Shown in pieces: positions 7,654 through 16,379 of a DNA stretch of 36,189 nt. The notes under the pieces were generated by a model that saw only the letters and a list, made by a program, of their open reading frames with translations, was not told the origin of the DNA and did not search any database. Position 1 is the stretch's first letter. Each line of letters opens with the position of its first letter. This DNA is from an uncultured Methanosarcinales archaeon (lineage in GTDB: Archaea > Nanobdellota > Nanobdellia > Woesearchaeales > JABMPP01): the NCBI GenBank assembly GCA_964604995.1, contig CAZSAD010000015.1:1-36189 (forward strand). The letters run 5' to 3'. The translations under genes and the position numbers were made by a program.

Positions 7654-10641
7654 CTATTTACTTTCTTTATCAATAAATATTTTTTCTTTTGATATCAATA
7701 TTTCTCTTAAAAGCATGAATACTTTTGGATTTTTATTCGGATCTAATGCATCTGTATGCAAGCTTGTTTGTAAATTATCAGTGCACTTACCTTCATATAA
7801 ATAATTATTAGTGCCTTCTAAATATGCACTTGAATTTGTCACAATGCCATCACCACTTTCTCCATTCATATCACATCCAATGCTCCTAATATTATATACC
7901 TGTAAATTTGTGGGAAAATTATTTGCATTTATTCTACTGATAAATATGCTATCATATTTCATATCATCGCATTCTATTTTGGAACCGAGTAAAACGCAAC
8001 CTTGGTATACTTTGTCATTTATTCCATGATTGGGGGCATTAATCATAATTAATTTATCAATATCCTCTGCTCCAAATAGGTCTATATATTGTCTTGTAAC
8101 AAGTCCGCCCATTGAATGTGCAACTATTATCACTTTGTTTGATCCTGTCCTATATTTTAATGCTTGAATTATTTCCCTAAGTCTTATTGCATAATTTTCA
8201 ATTCTTTCTGATTTTAAAGTTGAAACTTGATATTTTCCTAAGCTATAATGTGTGATGTAATAATAACTAGCTCTTGCAGTTACTGGCCTTTTGCTTCTTC
8301 CCCACGTGCCCTCAATACTAGAATCGGGCTGTTCGCTTAATTCAAGTTCACCCGAATTTAAATAACCATCTTCTTTTAGAGCTGTTTGTATTTTAGCAAA
8401 AGACATCATGGAATATTCAGGTGTATTATCGACATTGAATGCGTGTCCATGAATAAAAAGAATAGGATAGACTTGCTCTTCATTTTTACATGAATTTTCA
8501 TCGCAACAATTAGTGCATTTTCCATAAGTACAGCATTGTGGCAAGTTATCTGAAATTGATAAGGTATAATCTGCTTCCAATTCATTTGGGGTTTCATTAA
8601 TTGGTTCAAAAACATAAGATGAAAAATCAAGATTTAGCATTTGTCCTATTTCCAATGCTTTAGGGGTATATTCTGTAATTTTATTTACACCAAATAATAT
8701 TTCATCTTTACAGTTCTCTTCAGTATATACTTGCCCATTTGAATTCGAAAGCAATGATAATGTCATAAACTCTTTTTTTGTTATAACTACTGTATTATTT
8801 ATTCCAATGGTAAAAGTATAACTCTCTAAAATTACTAAATTGTCAATTGAACCCCATTTTGCAATTATTGAATTTTTCATATTATTAATTTTATTGTCTA
8901 GTAATTCAAGTGCCAAACTTTTCTCATTAGGCATCAAAGATGTACCAGCTAAATTATTTATTAACATCTCCTTAGAATTTAATAATGCATTCCACTGTGT
9001 CAAATCATTAGCTTTACTAAATATCTGGTTGAATTCTAAATTACCAAAACTCCAATTATATTGGTTACTAGTAACTTCCAAAGCCAATTTATTTGTCAAT
9101 TCCATATCTACTATTGATTTTTTTAAATTAGAACAGGTGAATTCATTTTGCAAATCAGCTAAAAGTATATCATTTAATTCTTTAGCTGCATTATAATCCT
9201 TATTCTCTTTTGAGGTATTATTTACAAAATTAGTCTCTAAAGAATTGTTGTATCCACTGTTATTTTCATTATTGGTGCTATTATTTAGCAAGCTTGCTTG
9301 AATGTTTTCTAGTCTAATTTTTAAAATGTTATTTGCAATTATTTGCTCAACTACTCCTTTCGTTTTTATTGTATCATAATCAGCAAAAGCTTTTTTGGTG
9401 TAATTTTCAAATTGCATTAAATCTAAATTAACATTTTTTTCAAAGAGTGAAAAATCCCCCTTAAGGGCATAATAATCATTATTTATTAACTTAGAATTAT
9501 TATGTAACTCATCTAAAATGTTTGCATTTTTTCTATTCAATTCATTTAAATAATAAGCAGTTATCAAATTAATCTCATTTTTATTTTGTGCTAGATTTTT
9601 TATAGTTATCAAATTTAAATTATGCATTGCAATTGTATTTTTAATATTCGCTTTAAGCAAATTGCCATCTTGTGCAATTTTAAAAACCTCTTGGTTGTAT
9701 TTTTGTAGATTTTGATTTGTTAAATCATATGCAATGCTTTTGTAATCTTGCAAGCTCCAATATGTAATCAATTGATCTCTTGTATTTTTTACTTCTTTTA
9801 TCTGACTTAAAATATTTTGATTTTGGTTTAAAAAATAACTTTTATCAACTGAATTTATTGGCAATCTACCTGCAAAATTTTGGTTTTCTTCAAAATTTAC
9901 ATCCGCTTTTGCAGTTTCATTAATTAGCATATTGATTGTTTGCTTGGCGAGTTCTTTGGTTATTTTTTCTTCATTAGAAATATCATAATTAATTGTGATT
10001 AAAACTGTTTTAAATCTTTGTTCGCCTTCACTTGGACATAAAAATGAATTTATATTGCTGCACTTCGCATCAAAATTATAAACTATTTGTCCAGCTCCTT
10101 TAATGGGAGTTTTAATTGTAAAATATTTTGTTGTTTCTTGCAAATGATCTAAATAAATTGTCTCATTTGAAACAATTGCTTTATTATTTATTTCTCTATT
10201 TACTTCTCCAATATTTGTTAGTTGCAAATTGCAAACACTTTTACATCTTGCAAAATTATCATTTAATATTGTAAAATTTAAATTTACATCTTCATTATTT
10301 CCCAAATTTAATATCATCTCTTTTGGGTCTATTCTCAAATTTAATTCATCTTTTAATATAAATTCTGCTTTTACCCAAATAACTATCAATACAATTAAAA
10401 AAATTATAAAAATGATTCCAAGAATTATCCAACTTTTTTTCCTTTTAAAAAATTCATAACTTTTTTTTGAAGAAGATTTACTCTCTTTTTTATCATTACT
10501 ATTTACTGTTTTATTCTCATTAATTTTAGAATTATCTATTTTGTTATCTAATTCACTCTCGGAAATTTCGTCTGATTTATGGTGGGCGGTATTTACCGCA
10601 GATTTGCCCTCTTTTGTTGTTTTGGCATTTTTATGTTTCAT
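7654..10641 (-). CDS. Membrane-anchored protein with long helical stalk and C-terminal alpha/beta-hydrolase (lipase/PGAP1-like) domain
   Basis: TM segment WIILGIIFIIFLIVLIVIWV; oxyanion motif PILFIHGH; nucleophile elbow AHSMGG; DGIV and LHT candidates for the Asp/His of the triad. Start taken at ATG 10641 (track uses 10659). Confidence 0.85.
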   Translation of the reverse strand: MKHKNAKTTKEGKSAVNTAHHKSDEISESELDNKIDNSKINENKTVNSNDKKESKSSSKKSYEFFKRKKSWIILGIIFIIFLIVLIVIWVKAEFILKDELNLRIDPKEMILNLGNNEDVNLNFTILNDNFARCKSVCNLQLTNIGEVNREINNKAIVSNETIYLDHLQETTKYFTIKTPIKGAGQIVYNFDAKCSNINSFLCPSEGEQRFKTVLITINYDISNEEKITKELAKQTINMLINETAKADVNFEENQNFAGRLPINSVDKSYFLNQNQNILSQIKEVKNTRDQLITYWSLQDYKSIAYDLTNQNLQKYNQEVFKIAQDGNLLKANIKNTIAMHNLNLITIKNLAQNKNEINLITAYYLNELNRKNANILDELHNNSKLINNDYYALKGDFSLFEKNVNLDLMQFENYTKKAFADYDTIKTKGVVEQIIANNILKIRLENIQASLLNNSTNNENNSGYNNSLETNFVNNTSKENKDYNAAKELNDILLADLQNEFTCSNLKKSIVDMELTNKLALEVTSNQYNWSFGNLEFNQIFSKANDLTQWNALLNSKEMLINNLAGTSLMPNEKSLALELLDNKINNMKNSIIAKWGSIDNLVILESYTFTIGINNTVVITKKEFMTLSLLSNSNGQVYTEENCKDEILFGVNKITEYTPKALEIGQMLNLDFSSYVFEPINETPNELEADYTLSISDNLPQCCTYGKCTNCCDENSCKNEEQVYPILFIHGHAFNVDNTPEYSMMSFAKIQTALKEDGYLNSGELELSEQPDSSIEGTWGRSKRPVTARASYYYITHYSLGKYQVSTLKSERIENYAIRLREIIQALKYRTGSNKVIIVAHSMGGLVTRQYIDLFGAEDIDKLIMINAPNHGINDKVYQGCVLLGSKIECDDMKYDSIFISRINANNFPTNLQVYNIRSIGCDMNGESGDGIVTNSSAYLEGTNNYLYEGKCTDNLQTSLHTDALDPNKNPKVFMLLREILISKEKIFIDKESK

Positions 10642-10728
10642 TTTAGGCAATATAACCAATTCTAATATATAAATTAATTCTTGATATCTACTAAGTTTAC
10701 AATACTTATATTTTATAACTTCAAAATT

Positions 10729-11988
10729 TTACAATTCTTTGAACAATGGCTCTTTAACTTTGCCATAAAATCTAAAAAATATTAGCCATGATAAAAATGT
10801 TATACTGCTTGCAATTATAATTGGTAAATTAAGATTAACTGAAACAACAATTCCTGCAATTATAGGTGGAATAGACATAGCAAGTGAATTTATTGATTGA
10901 GTTATTCCCATTATCTCTCCTTGGGAATCTTTGCTTGATAATTTTGATACAATTGCAGTATAATTTGGATAAGTTAATCCTTGGAAAATTGCAATAAAAG
11001 GTACAATAAAATACAAATACCTTGATTTATCAGGAATTAAAAGTATTGGAAAAATTAATGCAAGAACAATAAGTGAGACTTTCAAAACTTTTTCAGATGT
11101 TATTTTTTTACTGACATATCTTGTTACAATTCCTTGGGAAAGTGCAATCCAAATGCCCATAAATGCAAAATAAATTCCAATGTCTGCTTGAGTATAATAA
11201 AATTTCTCAATTAAAAAAACTGAAAAAAATTGCGTAAAAAAATTAAAACCTAGTGTTGCTAAAAAAATAACTATAAATATTGTTTTCAAATTTGGTAATC
11301 TAAATGCTTTATTTATATTCTTAAAACCTGTAAAAGCACTTATCGGTCTATGAACTCTTGTTGTAGATGTTTCTTTAAACCAGAATATAACAAGCATTAA
11401 ATTGAAAATTGCAAGTAGTGATGCAAACCAAAATGGTGTTGCAAAATTAAACCAGCTAACCATATTTGAATCAGCCAATTTTCCGCCTAAGAATGGGCCA
11501 AGTATAAATCCTAAGCCAAAAGCCATTCCGATTAGTCCAAAATTTTTCACTTTTTCTTTTTCATCTGACAAATCAGAAATTGCAGATTGGACAGTTGAAA
11601 TATTTCCACCAGTAAAACCATCTAAAATTCTTCCAAAGAACAAAAGCCATAAATTATGTGTTAAAATTCCAATTCCAAATAATAAATATCCTACAACTGT
11701 GCCACTAATAGATATTAAAAGAATTTTTTTCCTTCCAGATCTATCAGACCAAGCTCCAAGAATCGGCGCTCCGAAAAATTGTGCAATTGAATACGATGCA
11801 ATTAATAATCCTAGTATTAAACTTCTTAGGCCAAATGCATAATCATGTGGGAAAATTGTATCTGTGCTAATAAATAATGGAGCAAGAACAGGTATTGCAA
11901 TTCCAACACCTAACATATCAATAAATATTATTGAAAATACAGTTAACAATAACATCTTTTTGTTAGGTATATTTTTCTTATTTTCCAT
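10729..11988 (-). CDS. MFS transporter, TetA/DHA1 drug:H+ antiporter-like
   Basis: About 12 hydrophobic segments; motif A GAWSDRSGRK; GRILDGFTGG; motif C GFILGPFLGG. Confidence 0.93.
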   Translation of the reverse strand: MENKKNIPNKKMLLLTVFSIIFIDMLGVGIAIPVLAPLFISTDTIFPHDYAFGLRSLILGLLIASYSIAQFFGAPILGAWSDRSGRKKILLISISGTVVGYLLFGIGILTHNLWLLFFGRILDGFTGGNISTVQSAISDLSDEKEKVKNFGLIGMAFGLGFILGPFLGGKLADSNMVSWFNFATPFWFASLLAIFNLMLVIFWFKETSTTRVHRPISAFTGFKNINKAFRLPNLKTIFIVIFLATLGFNFFTQFFSVFLIEKFYYTQADIGIYFAFMGIWIALSQGIVTRYVSKKITSEKVLKVSLIVLALIFPILLIPDKSRYLYFIVPFIAIFQGLTYPNYTAIVSKLSSKDSQGEIMGITQSINSLAMSIPPIIAGIVVSVNLNLPIIIASSITFLSWLIFFRFYGKVKEPLFKEL

Positions 11989-12116
11989 ATTGTTTAAGAT
12001 TTAAATACTATTTAAAAAGCTCCCCACTAATATTGCACTAAATACCAACAGAATAAATAGAAAAATTGAAAGGAAAATATCATTAAAAACCATTAACTAT
12101 TATTGCATCAAATATT

Positions 12117-12539
12117 TTACTCTTTATCATCACTGCTATCTTTTGAACCTTTTTCTTTCATCTTTTTTGTGATATCAATATTTGCTTTGCATTTAGAGCA
12201 TTGAAATCTTAAAGTATCAATACCTTCAACTTTTTTTCTTTTGAAAGGGACTGTTCCTTCACCAGAAAATTTGCAACTAGGACAAGTATATTGCGATTCA
12301 GCGAAAAGACTTTCTTCATAGGCTTTTTTTTCAACAGTGTAATTGCAAGCTGAGCAAACATATTCTTTAGCTCTAATTGAAACTTTTCCAGTTTTACTAT
12401 CTTTAGGTTTTCCCATTAAAGCTTTTTGGCATTTGGGACATTTTTGTTTATACACCCAAACAATTGCTTTGCCATTTTCACCAAGTGTTCTTCTTGTAAA
12501 ATAAATTAAATCATTTACGCTTTCTGGAAATTTAACCAT
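12117..12539 (-). CDS. Zinc-ribbon protein (four CxxC)
   Basis: CPKC, CSAC, CPSC, CSKC; basic; GGTGA RBS upstream. Confidence 0.85.
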   Translation of the reverse strand: MVKFPESVNDLIYFTRRTLGENGKAIVWVYKQKCPKCQKALMGKPKDSKTGKVSIRAKEYVCSACNYTVEKKAYEESLFAESQYTCPSCKFSGEGTVPFKRKKVEGIDTLRFQCSKCKANIDITKKMKEKGSKDSSDDKE

Positions 12540-12608
12540 TTTCTCACCTTTTTCTTTTTTTCATAAATTTAATTCTTGATAAATCTAAAATTGCATTTGA
12601 TTTTAAAA

Positions 12609-12854
12609 TTATTTGTTTTTGACTGTTGAATTGGTATTATTTATATTTTCAGTTGGTAGCCAATCTTTATCTGCTGCATATCCTACTACATCTACGCTTG
12701 TTTTACCAACTCCTTTTACCCACATCCAAAATTTTCCAAGAAAACTTTCCCTGTCATTTGCATTGGTTAAATCTAAATTATTTATTTGTACAACAAAATA
12801 TCCACCAACCAAAAGGAAAATTGCAATGATTACAAACAGCTTCATTTTTATCAC
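12609..12854 (-). CDS. Small membrane/secreted hypothetical protein
   Basis: N-terminal hydrophobic helix then an amphipathic helix; co-oriented with neighbours. Confidence 0.75.
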   Translation of the reverse strand: MIKMKLFVIIAIFLLVGGYFVVQINNLDLTNANDRESFLGKFWMWVKGVGKTSVDVVGYAADKDWLPTENINNTNSTVKNK

Positions 12855-12901
12855 ATCACATTTGTTATTTTAATCTCTTTTTTTATATTTTGTTATTCGA
12901 A

Positions 12902-13522
12902 TCAAGTTTTAAATTCGCGTATCATATCACTAACTCCATTTTTTATAAATTCTGCAGCCATGGCAGCTAGTACTAATCCTAAAACTCTAGATAACACTTC
13001 AATTATTCTTTCTCCTAAAACTCTTTCTACAGCTTCTGAAAAATACATCATCACCCAAGTTATAAAAAGTGCAACAATTGATGCTATAACTGGTGGCCAA
13101 TATCCATATTTTTGTGAAAGAATAACAACAGTTGTCATAGCACCTGGTCCACTTAATAATGGAGTTCCAATAATAATAGCTGCAATTTTAGTATCTTTAT
13201 GTTCAGGTTTTGAAAATTCTATTCCCAATACAGTTTGAATTCCCAAAATAAATAGTAATACCCCACCAGCAACAATAAAACTGGAAAATGTAATTCCAAG
13301 CAAAGTTAAAATTATAAGTCCTGAAAAAAGAAAAACAAGAAGTAAACCTAATGCTACCAATGTTGCAATTAAAGCTTGGTTTGCTTTTTCTTTTTTGTCC
13401 ATTCCCTTTGTTAGACCAATAAAAACAGTAGTTGCTAAGAATGGATCTATAATAATAATTAGTGCGATAAAAGATTTTATAGTTGCAGTCCAAAATGATT
13501 CATTTAAAACTAGAGCTTCCAT
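12902..13522 (-). CDS. marC: MarC family integral membrane protein
   Basis: IIIIDPF, F-x-VAGGVLLF, TPLLSGPGA and RVLGLVLAAMAAEFI motifs; start taken at ATG 13522. Confidence 0.92.
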   Translation of the reverse strand: MEALVLNESFWTATIKSFIALIIIIDPFLATTVFIGLTKGMDKKEKANQALIATLVALGLLLVFLFSGLIILTLLGITFSSFIVAGGVLLFILGIQTVLGIEFSKPEHKDTKIAAIIIGTPLLSGPGAMTTVVILSQKYGYWPPVIASIVALFITWVMMYFSEAVERVLGERIIEVLSRVLGLVLAAMAAEFIKNGVSDMIREFKT

Positions 13523-13655
13523 GGAATTTAGACCGTATCTTTGCTTTTTATATTTTTCTGTAATAGTAATTAATAATACCAATCAAAACTAAAAATTCGA
13601 AAACAAAACAAAACATACCAAAAACCTTATTTACCTCTAAGTTAAATCTAATAAT

Positions 13656-14201
13656 ATGGCTGTTGATAAAATCAATAATAAGGTAAGTTACAATAATGAA
13701 ATAAATTATTATAATCTTATTTCTTCAAGCTACGATTCTTTGCATCAAGAAGAACAGCAAAAAAAATTAGCAATAATAAAAACCCAACTAAATATCAAAA
13801 AAGAAAATAATCTGTTAGATGTTGGTTGTGGCAGCGCGTTTTCTGCAAATTATTTCGATTGCAATTTTTTTGGATTAGATCCTTCATTAAATCTTCTTAA
13901 TCTAAATAAATCCAAACTTAATTTGATAAATGCATTTGCTGAGAGTATTCCTTTCAAAAGTGATTCATTTGAGTTTGTGATAAGTGTTACAGCAATTCAT
14001 AATTTTCATGACGTAAAAAAAGGTATTTTAGAAATGAAGCGTGTTGGCAAAAATAAATTTGTGTTTTCAATTCTAAAGAAAAGTTCTAAATTGCCATTAA
14101 TTTTATCAATTATTGAGCAAGAATTTATAATTGAGAAAAAAATTGAAGAAGAGCATGATGTTATATATTTCTGCAAAAAAACAAATAATTTTTCAATATA
14201 A
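13656..14201 (+). CDS. Class I SAM-dependent methyltransferase (Methyltransf_11-like)
   Basis: LLDVGCGS motif I, GLDPS, AESIPFKSDSFE, VTAIHNF. Confidence 0.88.
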   Translation: MAVDKINNKVSYNNEINYYNLISSSYDSLHQEEQQKKLAIIKTQLNIKKENNLLDVGCGSAFSANYFDCNFFGLDPSLNLLNLNKSKLNLINAFAESIPFKSDSFEFVISVTAIHNFHDVKKGILEMKRVGKNKFVFSILKKSSKLPLILSIIEQEFIIEKKIEEEHDVIYFCKKTNNFSI

Positions 14202-14260
14202 ATACACATAGTAAAATATATATACCAAATGTGAGTAATTTTATTAAAAAGGGGTAGGAT

Positions 14261-14995
14261 ATGCATAGTAAAGAAATAGTTGAATACATTGAATCAGAAT
14301 TGGAAAAAGGATTTCACATTGATGATATAAGGCGAGCTCTAAAAGCAGTTGGTCATGATGTGCAAATAATTGAAGATTCTATTTTGCATGTTCATAAAAA
14401 AAAGCAAAGAAAAGAAAAAATAAGAAAACTTGCTTTAATAATAATCCCTCTCTTAATTGTGTTGGTAATTCTTGCAGTTATGCTCTTGCCTAAATTTTTG
14501 AATAATGCTAATAACTCTCAAAATCAAAACATATCGCAGCCAGTTCCAATTGTAATACCTGATAAAACTTTATATGAAGATGCAATTTCAACTGGAAATT
14601 TAGATTTATGCAATCAAATCAATTCTTCTTCGCTTAAATCTAGATGCAATCAAATATTATCTTCTTTAAATTCTAACAATAATATTACAATTCCTCCTCA
14701 AGTTACACTTGATAGGGATCTTTATGAGGATGCAATTTCAACTGGAAATTTAGATTTATGCAATCAAATCAATTCTTCTTCGCTAAAATCAAGATGCTTG
14801 TCTATCTTATCTTCATTAAAAGCGCCTACTCCAACAGTTGAGCAAACAACTTCCAATTCCACAAATACAATTAATCCTAATACACAGCAAGATAGATCTT
14901 ACTATGAAAATGCAATTTCAACTGGTGACAAAACTTTATGCGATAAAATAGCTAGTTCATCCTTAAAATCAAGATGTTTATCAATTTTAAAATAA
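14261..14995 (+). CDS. Single-pass membrane protein with three C-x11-C helical repeats
   Basis: N-terminal helical domain, TM segment, and 3 copies of YE(D/N)AISTG-x3-LC-x2-I-x-SSSLKSRC. Confidence 0.85.
   Translation: MHSKEIVEYIESELEKGFHIDDIRRALKAVGHDVQIIEDSILHVHKKKQRKEKIRKLALIIIPLLIVLVILAVMLLPKFLNNANNSQNQNISQPVPIVIPDKTLYEDAISTGNLDLCNQINSSSLKSRCNQILSSLNSNNNITIPPQVTLDRDLYEDAISTGNLDLCNQINSSSLKSRCLSILSSLKAPTPTVEQTTSNSTNTINPNTQQDRSYYENAISTGDKTLCDKIASSSLKSRCLSILK
14579..14784 (+). repeat. Intragenic direct repeat, 56 nt identical, period 150 nt (diverged third copy near 14903..14977)
   Basis: gatgcaatttcaactggaaatttagatttatgcaatcaaatcaattcttcttcgct at 14579..14634 and 14729..14784. Confidence 0.95.
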
Positions 14996-15045
14996 ATTAT
15001 TCAAGAGCTAAAAATATTTATATCAGTAAACAAAAGGTGGTATGT

Positions 15046-16329
15046 ATGGTTGAAAAAAAGGTAAATAAAAAATCCAAAGTAATTATCACAATATTATCAT
15101 TTATATTTTTTATAATTCTATCTTTTCAAAATTATGCAGCGCAACCAAGCTATGGTACACATAATACTGCACAAATAGATGATTTACCAAATGCTCTTGG
15201 AAATTGGGGAAGTCCAATAGCTATAACAACTCAAAGCACTGCTCTTTCAGCTTTCGGTGGAGCTCAGGGTGAGGCGGGGATTTATGGCTCAGGAGATTAT
15301 GGTATAGAAGGTACTGCAGTTACTGCATCTTCTTATGCAGGATATTTTCATGGTAATGTAGTTATAACCCCTGTTGGTAATCCAAGTACCGGTGGCGATT
15401 TAACAGTACAGAACTTAGTAAGCTGTCAAGCTATTGCAACAGATGTCAATGGAAAGTTATCTTGTAAAACAAATCAAGTATGGACAGGCTTATGGTCATT
15501 TTCAAATTCAGGAAATAATGGTGTGCAAGGAATTGGTTATTGGAGTGGGAAGTCAGTTGTAAATTTATCCCAGGTTAATACCAATGGGAAGTTAGTGTAT
15601 GGTGTTAACTCGGTTGTAAGTGAAGTGGATAATCCTCAAGCACTAGCAGCTTATGCAGTAAGGGGTGAAGCTACAACAGATGGTGGTACAGCATACGGTG
15701 GATATTTTAAAGCTACAAAAACTGGAACAGGTGTTGCAGCTTATGGACTTTATGTTGAAGCAGGTGATGTTTTGTTAGGTGGTACTAATACCAAATCTTG
15801 CACTGTTTTGAAAACAGATGTCAATGGTAAAGTTTCTTGTGGAACTATAATTGGAGGGGTAACTTATCCACTTAGTTTGCCAAATGCTGGATTTGATATA
15901 CAATTTACAAACAATGATTGGAATGGGTTTAATTTAGATGCAAATCTCAAAAGAATTATTCTTGGCGTTAATCATGCCGATGGTGTAAGAAATGTTTTTG
16001 ATATAGAAGAAGTGGATAATAGTTGGAATCATAAAATGGAACTAAGAACTGATGGTAGTGCAGCTTTTAATGGATATGTTTCAGTTGCGCCCGGAACTAA
16101 TGGGGGGTACAGAATTTATGATAATACTGGTCACACTGATGGGGTTTATACAACTGGTAGTTGGTTTGAAATAAATTATGATACTGTAAACGGTATTGGT
16201 ACTTTTCAAAGAACAATAGCTCCAACAGCTAATGACTTTGTTGATTTAGGTCTTACAGATCTAAGATGGCGTACTGCTTACACTAATGGTCTTGATGTCA
16301 AAGGCGATGTAATAATTGATTTAACTTAA
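15046..16329 (+). CDS. Secreted phage-tail-fibre-like beta-rich protein
   Basis: ATG 15046 after AGGTGG; signal peptide; GxYG beta repeats; two SC-x4-TDVNGK-x-SC motifs; C-terminal P-x4-VDLG-x3-LRW-x2-AY motif of the kind found in tail fibres. Confidence 0.8.
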   Translation: MVEKKVNKKSKVIITILSFIFFIILSFQNYAAQPSYGTHNTAQIDDLPNALGNWGSPIAITTQSTALSAFGGAQGEAGIYGSGDYGIEGTAVTASSYAGYFHGNVVITPVGNPSTGGDLTVQNLVSCQAIATDVNGKLSCKTNQVWTGLWSFSNSGNNGVQGIGYWSGKSVVNLSQVNTNGKLVYGVNSVVSEVDNPQALAAYAVRGEATTDGGTAYGGYFKATKTGTGVAAYGLYVEAGDVLLGGTNTKSCTVLKTDVNGKVSCGTIIGGVTYPLSLPNAGFDIQFTNNDWNGFNLDANLKRIILGVNHADGVRNVFDIEEVDNSWNHKMELRTDGSAAFNGYVSVAPGTNGGYRIYDNTGHTDGVYTTGSWFEINYDTVNGIGTFQRTIAPTANDFVDLGLTDLRWRTAYTNGLDVKGDVIIDLT

Positions 16330-16379
16330 TTAGAAGACTAAAAGATTTAACGGGGGTTAATTCTTAGTCTTAATAAAAA

